NCBI GenBank assembly: GCA_964658305.1
Contig: OZ210884.1
Coordinates: 372,001 to 436,000 of the forward strand
Source of the DNA: Leptogorgia sarmentosa
Lineage: Eukaryota
Direction of reading: 5' to 3'
Length of the DNA: 64,000 nt
Under the pieces are notes generated by a model, which ran no database searches, was not told the DNA's origin, and saw only the letters and a list, made by a program, of their open reading frames with translations. Of the stretch, positions 51,573-64,000 are shown piece by piece (position 1 is the stretch's first letter; each line of letters opens with the position of its first letter). Both the position numbers and the translations under genes were made by a program.

Positions 51573-52460
51573 TCATTGGTCAGGCTCCGATTGAAACCAT
51601 CCTCGTATCTTCATGCTTTTCCAAACTTTCAATCTCTCAGCGCGTAAAACTTTGTTTTTCCAGAAAAAGATTAAACAGTTGAATGTGCAATTCATCGAAG
51701 CTATCGTGGCAGCCCAGTATGCTACCATGGTTGAACTGTCAAAATTAAACGTTTTATTTGTCGTTTTCATCCCTGCTCCAAAATACACGACCACCGGAAT
51801 GCATAACGTCACGTAACAAGCCACTGCCAGCAAACAACTTGAAATATTTTTTAATGAAAACGACTTTTTCATCTCGGGTGATGCTCGGTTGCCTCTGCGG
51901 TTTTTTCTCACTACTAAAAGTAGTTTATAGTTGAGAAATATCATCGGAGGAGAAACAAGAGCGAAAAAAACCAGAACATTCGTTTGGTACGAAATGACAG
52001 ATTCGTCGACAAATATCGCTGTGAGATGAAGAGGCACTTCAATGATCACCAGTGGCGCAAGAAGAGTTAAAAGTCTTTTCTTCGTTACCGATGTTCGATG
52101 AAAGAGAGGATAAGAAGTCGCCAAATATCGATCAAAATTCATCAGCAAAAGAGCGAGCAAAGAAAAACCAAGAAAAATATCCGTCCACCTTAACACGAGA
52201 TGAGGCCATTTGGCATTTACATCCAACTTTCCACTCATGTATAACATCGCAATTACAGCCATCAATGGGTGATTAGTTAAAACAGTAAGCAAGTCACAAC
52301 AGGACAACACCATTATCATGAAATGACATAACTTCTTTCGAAGCTGTACCGATCTCCAGAAGCTGATTATGACCACGGAGTTTAAACATATTCCTGAGAA
52401 AAAGAAGAATACGTTTAAGACGAATATGAATATCATGTTGATTAAATAAACAGATTCCAT
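51573..52460 (-). CDS. Intronless rhodopsin-family (class A) GPCR, 295 aa
   Basis: Seven hydrophobic segments, TM1 GICLN, TM2 LSCCD, TM3 FDRYLA, YP.FHR, TM7 NCLIFFW. Confidence 0.9.
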   Translation of the reverse strand: MESVYLINMIFIFVLNVFFFFSGICLNSVVIISFWRSVQLRKKLCHFMIMVLSCCDLLTVLTNHPLMAVIAMLYMSGKLDVNAKWPHLVLRWTDIFLGFSLLALLLMNFDRYLATSYPLFHRTSVTKKRLLTLLAPLVIIEVPLHLTAIFVDESVISYQTNVLVFFALVSPPMIFLNYKLLLVVRKNRRGNRASPEMKKSFSLKNISSCLLAVACYVTLCIPVVVYFGAGMKTTNKTFNFDSSTMVAYWAATIASMNCTFNCLIFFWKNKVLRAERLKVWKSMKIRGWFQSEPDQ

Positions 52461-53084
52461 CTGGAAGCGACTTCCGGACGAGGTTTACGTTAAAAAATAA
52501 CACCGTTGCTAAGAAGACAAATCAGTTGAAATGAGCAAGATTGATTATCATATGGCAAGTATTTGTTTTGGCGAATGGCGCAATGTGATTGGCTGCGGAC
52601 AGGGCATGATTTTCCCTTACTGCCTACGGGCAATACGCAATATTGCCCTGTGACAAAAACTTTTAATTTAATGAACTTTTATTTATTAAAGTACAAAAGT
52701 ACTAAGAGGAGCGACGTGGCAAATTATTAGAGCGAGTTTTATTACCCAGAGGTTGAAAATGAAGGATACGAACAGCTTTTTTTGTTAGTTTAACCAAGTA
52801 CAGTTGAACGACTTCCGTTTGATATTTTACAATTAAGTTATTATTGTCCAAGCAGAGTTGCTATGAATACAAATCAGTTGAAATGACTTGGATTGAATTG
52901 AGTTTCTACAATATCATAAAATTATAGAACAGATGGCCGCGGGCATGTTGCGCAATGGCAATACGCGAAAAGCATCGAAAAAGCGAGGCAGTAGTTTGCA
53001 CTGAGGCTTTTAACGAATTGTCAAACGCAGTATGACAGTCTGCGCATGCGCGGAATTTGAGCTATAGAACGCGTGCGTTTCGAT

Positions 53085-56073
53085 CAGTGTGACCAGATTT
53101 GGTAATTTTAATTACTTTTGGTAATATTTGGCGATTTTTCGGACTTTTTTGGTAATTGAAAATTTTTAGTAATTTTTTTGGTAATTTTGCCAAAAGTTAG
53201 TAATATTTTGGTAATCGGATAAAATTCCATATGTTATTCTAAAATTCAATCAGAACAGTTGTAGAACCATGCCTGCAAATATCTATACCTGAAAATCTGT
53301 ACATCAATTTTTAATTTTTATGGAAAATTATAATAAATGTTCAGAAATATCTAATTTCGCGAAATTTAATGCCCAAAATCGCGAAAATAAAGTCCCGCGA
53401 AATATGGCGTTTGACAAAATCGCGAAATTAAGTACGCGCGAAAATACCTTCGGGACGTAGCGACGCCATATTTGTACACTTGCACTGCACGATCAATTAA
53501 AGTACAGGTGAGAATGAAAAACATGAAAAAAACATAGTTTCAGTGATGGAAAGCGACGAGGATGAAATTTCTGAAAGCCAGAAAGGCAAAGAGGATACAA
53601 GAAAAAGAAAGATCACGACCAAAACTCAAAATACAGGTGAAAAAAAGTACAAGCAGCATTATCGGAACGAGTGGGCGTCGTTGCCGGAATTTTCAAAGTG
53701 GCTAACAAAGGGTAAGACTGCAGACACTGCTTATTGCAAAGTATGTCGATGCGAGATTCAAGCAAGATTAGCTACCATTCGCATACATGGCCAGAGTTCA
53801 AAGCATACGTCCCTCATGAATACATCGTCTGGTTCTTCCCAAGTACGTAAGCCTGTTGAGTTTTGTGCGATGTTTTTGTGTCAAAAGACAATTTTTATTT
53901 CAACTTCATAAATTGTATATTGAATTTTTAGCTTTCCAAATATTTTAAACCTGCTAACAGCCTTTCCAATGAAGTAAAGAAAGCAGAATTAACATTTTGT
54001 GCATTTCTTGCTGAGCACAATTTGTCTTTTCGAGTAATGGATCACTTGTCCACCATAATATCTCGGACCTTTACAGATTCAGCGATCGCTAGTGAATTTT
54101 CGTGCAGACGCACAAAGACTGCCGCCATGACATACAATGTCTTGTCAAAAGAGTTCAAGACTCAGCTTAGAAAAAGTCTTCAGGGGGAGAATGGGGAAGT
54201 AAGTCCAGTTTCGGTTATTATCGATGAAACTACAGATAAGGGAACAACAAAATGCATGGCGATCGTCATTAAACTATTTGACGAAAAAGCATTGAGGGTA
54301 GACACGAGATTATTAAACCTGGTCCCAGTGCAAGGAGAAACGGCTGCTGATCTCTTTGAACTAATGAAAACTGATCTTGCAAAGCATGATGTTCAAATTA
54401 CGCAATTAGTTGGATTTGCAGCAGATACAACCAACGTAATTTTTGGCGAAAACAATAGCATTGCTAGTCGTATAAAAGAAGAAAATCCCAATTGTCTGGC
54501 TATCAAATGCGCGTGTCATTCATGTGCACTAGCAGTTTCCCACGCTTGTGCCCTCCTTCCACGAAACTTAGAGCAGGTTGTAAAAGAGTGTTACAATTAT
54601 TTTGCCCTTTCAAGCAAACGGTGTAACGAGTTTAAAGAGTTCCAGGAGTTTACAGAGTCCAAACAATATAGAATGCTTAGGTTCTACGATATAAGATGGC
54701 TTTCTTTTGGAACGTGCATTGAGCGTCTTCTTAGTCAATGGGATGCCTTGAAATTGTATTTCACATCACAGTATTTAGTCGATCGCTTGCAAGCTTCTCA
54801 GTTCTTGTTTGAGCAGTTATCCAATGCCATTACAAAACTATATTTCACATTTCTGAATTACATCATCCCCCTGGTGAACAAGCTCAATGTGATATTCCAG
54901 TCCGAGACGCCAGCTATTCACAAGTTTTATCCAAATTGCATATCGGCTTATAAATCAATCCTCAGTTGTTTTGTAAAGCCGCGATACTCCTTAAAGGTGA
55001 CGTGGCAGTTATTGACGTTCGAAACCCTGCGAACCATCTACCACTAGCACAGCTTTATATGGGAACAGATGCAGCAAGGCTCCTTGTTTCTGACGCCTAC
55101 AAGAATGTCAGAAAGGAAATGATTAACGAGTGCTTTCAGAGATGTCAGCCATTTTTGATAGAGCTTTCCTTCCAGTTGAAGAAACAATTGCCCATAGACA
55201 ACCCCCTAGTGCGCCAGTTAAGGTTCCTGAATCCACAGTTAGCAATATCAGGAACGATTCCAAGTATCGCTGACGTTGCTTCGAAATTTCCGCATGTCAT
55301 TTGCATAGAAAGGCTTAAGATCCTTGACCAAGAATGGAGGGAACTGAGTTTTGATGAACAAATCTGAATTAGCTGATAAATGTGCCACATCGCCAACTGA
55401 GGAGTTTTGGGCCAATGTAGCGCTCAACGAGAAATAGCGTATTTTAGGAAGATTTGTGAAGGCAATGTTGTGTTTACCCATTAGCAATGCTGATTGTGAG
55501 CGGGTATTTTCTCAGCTGAATTTGATTAAAACGAAACAAAGAAACCGTTTTTCGACTGAAGGAGTGGCATCGCTCAATTTTTTTAAAGACGGAATTAAGC
55601 ATATGTCAGGGTCTTGCGAAAACTTTGAACCAACGAAAGAGATGCTTGATCGGTGCAATAAAGAGATGTATACCGCTGTCGAGGCTATCTATGGAGACGC
55701 TGCAAATGAGTCCGAAGATGATGATGTATAATCACTATGATCAACCGAACTGTACAGTTTTATGCCCTAGGGCTGATTTTTGAGAATAGTTATCACTAAG
55801 GGAAACTTGTTTAATTTGCTGTTAACATTTAAATTACCGAGCACATTATATTTATTCAATGAATAACTGAATAAATAATGTTTACGAAGATTTCCGTTGC
55901 ACTGTTTAATTTTAGCGGTTTACCAGGAATGAGGCTATTATTTAGCCATCCATCCCTGTTTTACTGATTTTCAGACACTCGGTTGACAGAAAAAATTTAG
56001 TAATTTTTTCCACGTTTTAGTAATTTTGTGCATGCTAATTTAGTAATTGCTTGGGAAATATCTGGTCACACTG
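53085..56073 (+). mobile_element. Full-length hAT DNA transposon
   Basis: 14-bp TIR CAGTGTGACCAGAT / ATCTGGTCACACTG; 8-bp TSD GTTTCGAT (53077-53084 and 56074-56081); subterminal TT(G/A)GTAAT repeats. Confidence 0.95.
53546..55731 (+). pseudogene. hAT transposase (ZNF862-like), inactivated
   Basis: Zinc finger (AYCKVC..H..H), intron ~53842-53930, IIDETTD, AADTTN, CACH, RW, SNADCERVFSQLN. Frameshift at ~54980 and stops at ~55365 and ~55436. Confidence 0.9.
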
Positions 56074-56118
56074 GTTTCGATTTGAAAATGGCGGTTTTAC
56101 TCCATCTGAACGTATATT

Positions 56119-56460
56119 CCCAGCTAACACACAACGTAATCACGACGTTGGTAAAAGGTTGTGGGAATGTTAGGTCGGACCTAACATTACCACGACATTC
56201 ATACAACGTTGTTGACCTTCTTCGGAAAATAGGATCGTTTAACGAACGTCGTAGCAACGTTGAAGTGTAACGTGCGCATCAAGACGTTCGGAAAACGAGC
56301 CCAGAACGTTATATTTCTACGTTGAAGCAACGTTACGAGACAACATGCTGCACGGACATTTATACCACGTTTGCGCAACGTTGGAGTTCAACCTTGCTTG
56401 AACGTTACATTATGACCTTCTAATAACGTCTATGCAATGTTATATTTATACGTCCAAGCG
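56119..56460 (+). mobile_element. Possible EnSpm/CMC-type end fragment
   Basis: CCCAGCTAAC start followed by dense AACGTT/ACGTT subterminal motifs; the other end was not found. Confidence 0.4.
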
Positions 56461-56535
56461 ATATTTGGGCGGGAGATTGCTCGTCGTTTCAGGTTTCTTG
56501 TGAAATTTTGATATGTAGACTTTGTCCATGTGGAC

Positions 56536-57140
56536 CAGCGCTCTCACAACGAATTTTCAAAATTCTTTAGCGTGAGCTCCGGAATTCCTCAGATATTCCC
56601 AAAATTCCTTAAATGACTTGTTTATCCTGGCAACTACCCCCAAAGTACCCTGCAATCCCGTTCTTTTGCCTCTTGTTTTAAAAACAAGACTCAAATAGTT
56701 GGAAAATCGTTAATAAACACAATTTGTGAGGTACCTGAGCTTACTTAAGTATATACAAGATAAAATGGGATAGAATGAGCGACTTATCATCTCCTGAGCC
56801 GGACCGGAAACGCACATTCGCGCAATTTATCAGAAACTATAATTATGTAAATTAACTATAATCACCATTTTTTAAATTTTAGTTTGCTGTGACATATGTT
56901 TCACAGGCATTTTACCACTAAGATAAAGAATTACTTTATTATTAATTAGTAATTCTTCAGCTCAGGGCATTTTACCAAAGGCTTTTCTCACTGAGCTACA
57001 GAATTACTGGAGAGAGTGGCTTTTCTCGAAATATTAAAATTCCTTAGAAAATTCCTTAAAAATTGAATTCCTTAAAAAAATCCTTAAAACTTTGCTAAAT
57101 TCCTATTTCTGAGGAAAAATCCTTAGAAGTGAGAGCACTG
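56536..57140. mobile_element. Non-autonomous hAT element
   Basis: TIR CAGCGCTCTCAC / GTGAGAGCACTG; 8-bp TSD ATGTGGAC; AATTCCTTA subterminal repeats. Confidence 0.88.
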
Positions 57141-57335
57141 ATGTGGACTTTATACTTCACTAACCGTCTGATTTCGTCGTTTTGGACCGACATTCTGGTT
57201 TATATCTGTTATTCGTGTTATACTGATATCGACTGATTTTATGTAAGTAGGAATACTACTGTATGTGTATCTACCCTGTTTTTACTTGTGAATGATCAGC
57301 AGGGCTAAGCAAACTAAGAGGCCTACTTTGGGGGC

Positions 57336-57448
57336 CAATGTCGCCTAATGTCGCTGCGACAATAGGCGACATTGGGGATTTTCAAAGAAAATTCCTTGCG
57401 ACATTAGGCAACATTAGGCGACATTGGGCGACGGTTGGCGACATTAGG
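57336..57448. repeat. Direct and inverted 10-mer GCGACATTAG repeats
   Basis: Directly visible. Confidence 0.75.
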
Positions 57449-58101
57449 TTAGATAGATGGACAGTATTAGAAATATTTGTCAGCCCAGGGGCTGAATTGG
57501 GGGCCACGCCACAGTGACCTGGGGTGCTTATGGACAATAATTGACAAATTTGAATATTCCCATGATCTCCTAGCCTGTAGACCCACTACTATTCTAATAA
57601 AATACAAAAAATAGTAACTCTGAATAAGATTGTTTATATCCAGTTGATCTCAATATACGGAAAAGGACTGGGACTAGCTGTCGGATAGAAATCCATTTTT
57701 CGATTGAAACAACTGAATATCTCCCATAATGTACTTTATTTCGATTCCAAATTTTTGTCAGAGCTATAGTTCTCATAACCAAACATAATCACAAAATTTC
57801 AACTAGTTTCATACAGAATAACGAAAGATATAATCGAGAGAATATTACAAAATGGATTTCTATTCGGACAACCCTTTCTGAACGCTGATTGGCTAAAACA
57901 CGAACACGAGATCACCTGGATTGTACAGATGTTTGGACTTCAGCAATAATACAAGGAAGCAAAATGTTATTAGGAGTTAATATTCTTTTATGTGAGTTAA
58001 CGAACAAAAAATCAAAAAATGTCAGTTAATGAGCAGCTATTAATAAATAGCAAAGCAAGTAAATGCAAATCAGCAAGTATTTCAATACTGCAATTCATAA
58101 T

Positions 58102-59043
58102 GGGTATGTTGACATTTCAAGTTTTCGCGCAATCTCGCAATGCATTGTGGGATCGCCAGGGGGCAAACAAACATTGTTGTATACTGCGAAATATATGAAT
58201 ATTCATATACTCAACGTTTTGGAGCGAAATTTTCTTTAAAATCTCATTAATATTTAAAATATGTCTTGTGTTCCGACTGACAGACGTGAAGGAAATGTCC
58301 GTGGGGACGGAAATTGTTTTTATCGAGCTATGGCACTCGTTGTAGATGGCAAAACTGACGAAGCTTACCCAGTGTTTAGAGCCGTGTGTAATAAAATGAT
58401 AGCGGAGTACCCAGAAGTTTTTGAGGCTTATTTGTTCAGCACTAAATCGCTAAAAGAGCATCTAACCAAGAGTTCCCAGGGCAGAAACAATCGATATTTT
58501 TAGTTGCGCAACTCAGCAACTGTACTTCAGCGCGCTATAGTCATCAAATACTCGATCACGAGCTCAATGTGGATGAAATTCGAACCTCGTGTAGGAACTC
58601 AAGCTACTATTGTTTGCAATCGGTCTTGTGCTTGTCCCTTTTAAAAATATCGATTGTTTCTGCCCCTGGGAACTCTTGGTTAGATGCTCTTTTAGCGATT
58701 TAGTGCTGAACAAATAAGCCTCAAAAACTTCTGGGTACTCCGCTATCATTTCATTACACACGGCTCTAAACACTGGGTAAGCTTCGTCAGTTTTGCCATC
58801 TACAGCGAGTGCCATAGCTCGATAAAAACAATTTCCGTCCCCACGGACATTTCCTTCACGTCTGCCAGTCGGAACACAAGACATATTTTAAATATTAATG
58901 AGATTTTAAAGAAAATTTCGCTCCAAAACGTTGAGTATATGAATATTCATATATTTCGCAGTATACAACAATGTTTGTTTGCCCCCTGGCGATCCCACAA
59001 TGCATTGCGAGTTTGCGCGAAAACTTGAAATGTCAACATACCC
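58102..59043. mobile_element. Foldback element with ~400-bp arms carrying a decayed OTU protease ORF; AT TSD (ISL2EU-like)
   Basis: Arms 58102-58502 and 58642-59043 are near-perfect reverse complements. Termini GGGTATG/CATACCC are flanked by AT. Both arms encode VRGDGNCFYRAMA. Confidence 0.85.
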
Positions 59044-59220
59044 ATTGGTCAATTAATCAAGTTGTTTAATATAGTTATACTCAGCTTATTGAAAAGTATA
59101 AACAGATAATAATTAATCCATTATATATTGCACATATTGCCCATGGAATTATTATTTCTTTACCTTACTAAATAACTGTCAACTATTCATTGATATTGTC
59201 ATATAACTCATATTGAACTA

Positions 59221-62200
59221 CAATCTCGTACCCAGAGCAATGCCTGTTCGCGGGTTAGGTTTGGCATTGGCTCTGGGGAAACGGAATGAGATTCGTAATT
59301 TCATTGGCTGTCGTGAGATCAATAACGCCGACGCGGGATTGACGCGAGAATTATTCGTGTGGTATCCCGCGCAAAATGTAAACACTGAACAAAGCGAAGA
59401 CTCGCACGCAAATCGTGTTATTTATCTAATCCTCGGCCTGGAACTTTGGTTAATTAAATACTAGCAGTTAGCGATAGAACAATTGTACATCTACGGCATT
59501 TGTCAGAATATTGCATTCGATTCTAATGCCCATACATCGTAACAAATACTGATGTAATGTACTCTAATTTCTAAATCCCAAATTGTTCGTGTTACTCAAT
59601 TTATATTTTTCCTTTTAATTCTTTGTGTGCGACCGCTCGCTAAGCGCAAAACATGTTAATATAGGTCGGGATAAAGTAAAGAAAAACACCACAGTAAAAT
59701 AAATAAACCTATAAAAGTATAGGCTACTTCTAAACAGTTTACAATGTTTACATATTCAATGCCGGTATATTTTGATAACATCGCATGCAGACACCTTGTC
59801 ATTAGAAAAACTTATTTTAGAGAGTTATTACACGTCTACACTATAAAGCGTACTAAAATTGTAAGCAGAACGACAATGCATTGTAGATGCTGCCAAACGT
59901 TAATTTTGAACCGTAACTTCGTCGATTTATTTAAGGAGATAGCAAAGAAGGAAAATGTATTAGAAGCAATTAGAAAATATGGTGGCATAGCAGTTCGTGA
60001 GAATGAACCGGGGAAATCCAGCGTGATATGTAGGTCTTGTTTTCTCCTCGTAAAGGGCATAAACGATCGAGTACGAAAATTCTCTTCGCTTTGCCAAAAC
60101 AACGACAACACTCGTAAAACCACTTCTTATGCAACTGCTCCGAGCAGTGGTAAACGCACGTTTCTACAACAGCAAAGTCCAGCGAGTAAAGCTGCATCAC
60201 CTTCTCTAAAACTTAATAAACCCAAGCGTATAAGACCATTCACATCCCCGTCGGCATCAACATCTCATACAAGTCGTACTTACGATATACCACCACAATC
60301 GGCGACAAATGGGATTTTAACTGGCTCGTTGTTATCGAGGTTTTCCGCAACAACCACACAGTCCGACGACGAATCTGCGAAAAGGTCTGCAAAAAAAGCA
60401 ATTGAAACTCGTAGTCACATGATTCTGAAATCTGCCGGTTTAAGGACGACCACTGAGGTAAATTTAGTATAAAATACTACTAATAATTCATGATGTTAAA
60501 TATTTTTTCTGTTTGTGCATGTATGATGCTAATCTTATACATTCATATAGGAATTTGATAGTCTAAAACTGGCAGTGCCGAAATTTACCATGCACGAACC
60601 CTGATAAACAACCCAATTTCATAAAAAACTGAAATCAATCACAAACAATTAATATACAGTCTTTTTTCCATCTGCAAAAGTATACGAAGGTTGTAGGTTA
60701 ACATAGTGAGAAACATAGGATGAGCAAATTGAGCATGCGATTGTTAATTTCCTTATTGATTCATGACTTTCTTTTCAGCATTTCCACACACAAGATGTTA
60801 TAGTAGAATCGGATGCAAGGAAACTGTTTTTGGCGTTAAACACACGTATCCCTGCAGAACTTTGTCGTGTCATTTTTTCATTACCAAATCTAAGAAGCTT
60901 GGTGAAATACACACTGATGAAAGAAATTGACGATCAATGCAGCGAACTTTGCATAAGAAAAGCTCGAAAGGATGGACGGCAGCCCTCTGTTCTTCACGTT
61001 AAGCGCAAGGATACTAAACAACAGTTGCAAGAATTTTCATGGGTAAAAATATTGGAAGAAATGAAACAAAGAGCACCTGATGTTTTGGATTTACTTTGTG
61101 CAATCAGTATTCCAAAACTCAAAGAATCGGACAAACAAGTCGCCCCTCTCTGTGTTGCTTATGGTATCTTGCTGAATAATAGATGGAAGGAACTCAACCT
61201 GATTCAGAAAATCATTACAACCTTATTTGGAGTGGGAAACTGTACAGCAAAGGTGCATATAATCATAGGAACATATATCCTATAGGTGCATGTACAGTGC
61301 TGACCATATTGGTGGAGACCAACGATAACATTCTAATATTACTAACATTTTTAACAAACAGGGTATTTTTTCGACGAGAATTTTGTCACATTTCCCAATA
61401 ATTTTTACGAAATCTTCGACCTATTCTTTTTTTAATTTCCAGATATAATTATCTTGATTTCTTTTTCTTTGGCAGACATTTGATCGATGTAACTCCCTTG
61501 GTATATGTCAAGTTCGACATTCATTCCGGAACATTTTGGACGATCTACAGGAAGGTGTCAAGGACTACTTGAAGAAAATGGTTAAAGAAGGAAAACAACT
61601 CCGCTGGACTTTTGATAACTTTGACTTCAATATTTTAACTAACATCATCATCAGTGGGTATAAGAATTCTGACATGCATTGGGTGTGTCAGTACATTACA
61701 TTCGAAAGAGTAGCTTCTTCACATTTGAACGATTCAAAACCACTGGTTGATGACATTTCTAAATTCGAAAATAAGCAATACCTATTGTCCAAAGAGGAAC
61801 TGGGCAGTATGCGAAGCGAGTACATCGTCCTGATTAGTCGGATTCTTGTTGATTTTTTCCCTTGCATGAAAGTCCTGAAGAATGTCATTCCATTACATAT
61901 CGAACATCAATTTTCGAAAGAAATGGCGGAGCAATCTGAAATCATCAATATGCCAGTTGTGCCTTATAACCAAAACAAGACGTCAGACATCTGTCGATAC
62001 ATGGAATACGTTACTGAGTTTCTATATGACATTTATCGTGACTCCAGTGATGAAGAGACAACTGAAACGGATAGCGATAAGGAAGCTTACAACGAGAACA
62101 ATACCTCGACGTCAGCTGAAACTGCAGCTAAAAGATCAGAAGTGCTTCAAGGGGTGAAAGTTCCATTGGTTGGAGACCTTCTTGGTAGAGAACGATTAAC

Positions 62201-64000
62201 TGGTGCTAAAAAGACAAGGGCAGGTTGTGACTTCTCCAGTGACAGATTCGAACAAATAGTCGAAGTTCCAGCTGTATGGCACGCAAAACAGTTTTTCTTG
62301 AGTGTAAGTAATTTTGATAACATTTTATTAGTATAGTAACGATTATAAGTGGGTACATGAAAACAAAAGTAGAAATAGTCAAACGTTCTTCAATGGATAT
62401 AATTCTAGATTTTTTAGTATTCATTATTTTCAAATTCTTATAGTTCTCTCATAATCAGAAACTTTTGCGTACACAGTATCAGTTTAAAGTTTTTAAGCTT
62501 AAGCTGCATTTCAGGAATGTACAAAACCCACACAGTTATATTTCATGGACCACTTTAAGTTTACAGTTTACTTTCCAAAAACCTAAAAACAATTGGCGAA
62601 TGTGGGGGAATGACACACAGAATCGAGAACCTTTGAGCAATCGAAAAAAGAAATACAATTAGTCATTTACTGCTTAAGCTAACTAAGTTTATTAATTATC
62701 AAAAAACGCTCTTTTTATTATTGTAGACAATATGGAAACTGTTATACTCGCCCAAGAGTGCACGAGAAGTTGGCACTATGTACTTTTTTCGACAAAAATT
62801 CGGGAAAAAAAATGTTTACAATGATGTCAAGAAAAATTTCAAGGCCTCTGCTGAACTGTTAACAGAGGTAACGAAAGCTTATGTTTGCGAAGCATTCATG
62901 GAGTGGGCTGGTTTTGATGCTGTGGAGGGAAACCCAACGAAAATTACAATTCCACATCCGAAGGCAACAAATGCAATCAAGAAAAACTTCATGGATTCGG
63001 TCATAGGGCATTTTGTTGACAAGTTTGTTCTGCCTGAACTGGATTCAGAGAAAGCCTTGTTGAAAAAGACGAGTCGTCGTGAAAGTGACACAGCTGTCAC
63101 AGGTATAAAAAGGCAGTTATCCTAAACTTATCTTGCCAGAAAAAAATTATAATTTTCATTTTCTTATGTCTTATTCTCATATACCTGATATATAGATTAA
63201 ATATTGTAAAACACTTTTACCTATTAATGATTTGATGAAGCCATTTAATGAGTTAAACGAAACGATGCGCGTGTTCACAATTTTCGTATAATTATTTTTG
63301 GTATGGATTGTATAGGTCAACCATCTCCAACTACAATACAAAGTGGGAGCACTGCTACAACTGCCCAAAACGCTCTCGTTATTCAAGTTAACCCAAAGGC
63401 TACATACAAACAAGGTACTGTACAGTACACAATGTTACCATTCCCATGGATTGCTAAAAACAACGAAACAAAGCAGAATTTTAAAACTTGCCAAAATACA
63501 CAAATAACTTAAATGTTGAAGACTGTTTAAATTTCCTATAGATCAAATGGTCGTCATGCTGGGTGATAATGGCAAAGACATTGTTGCCATTGGTAATGCA
63601 ATGCTGAGCGATGACGTGGAAAACAGTGAATGGTCAGACCATTTAAAAATAAAAATCACCACAATTGTCAATGCAAGACAGATTACTGAAGAAATGACAA
63701 GAAAACAAAATTTTCAAAAGGGCCAAACCGTTTTCTGGCCCAGAAGATTTGTTGGCATGCTGGCTCGCATTGTTGCAGCCAACCAAAATAAGCCGAAAGA
63801 TTCTAACCAATGTAGCACATGTGAACCATCAGCCTCTGGATCTGTTGATGACTCAAAGAATGAAGATCATATCTACAACTATGGTCTTCAAGTGTTGCAA
63901 TTAGGCACGTTTTTTATGCAAATAGATGACACAGAATGCGAAGGTGATGGAGAGCGAATGATGAGAAATTGGAAATTGCTCATGCTGTATGCAAGATGCA
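59221..64000 (+). mobile_element. AcademH-type transposon, copy 2 (runs off the window)
   Basis: Same terminus as copy 1, a constant 18203-bp offset, and identical ORF translations. Confidence 0.9.
59876..64000 (+). CDS. AcademH transposase, copy 2 (partial). Exons 59876-60457, 60779-61252, 61476-62303, 62727-63102, 63316-63414, 63542->64000.
   Basis: Identical translations and splice sites to copy 1. Confidence 0.88.

Noticed and set aside
47330..56126. TAGCTGGG (47330) and CCCAGCTA (56119) as paired TIRs
   Set aside because: They face outward, match over only 8 bp, and the first is explained by helicase codons (P-A-I).

Overview
Eukaryotic (animal) genomic DNA, most likely a cnidarian and probably an octocoral (inferred from the 18S/ITS style and the intronless GPCR family; not verified by search). 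There is a 200-N scaffold gap at 4001-4200. Left part: a degraded Helitron-like Rep gene, then a damaged minus-strand rDNA unit (18S-ITS1-5.8S-ITS2-28S). The unit carries a 3-nt deletion at the R2/I-PpoI site and a templated duplication of the sarcin-ricin loop, and is bounded by a satellite and a fused U2 snRNA pseudogene. Middle: a frameshifted, intron-containing FERRY3/C12orf4 pseudogene packed with MITEs. Head-to-head with it is a ~15 kb decayed two-gene module: an NRF1/Ewg-like DNA-binding domain + OTU/vertnin-like + PHD gene converging on a KDZ (Kyakuja-Dileera-Zisupton) transposase gene. This module is the most novel candidate in the window. Right part: two apparently identical copies of an AcademH-type transposon (intact 6-exon, ~1138-aa DUF6589-like transposase; RecQ-like helicase remnant in copy 1), rhodopsin-type GPCR genes, a complete hAT element with an 8-bp TSD, and an OTU-containing foldback element. 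All homology calls come from motif recognition by eye; no database searches were run.
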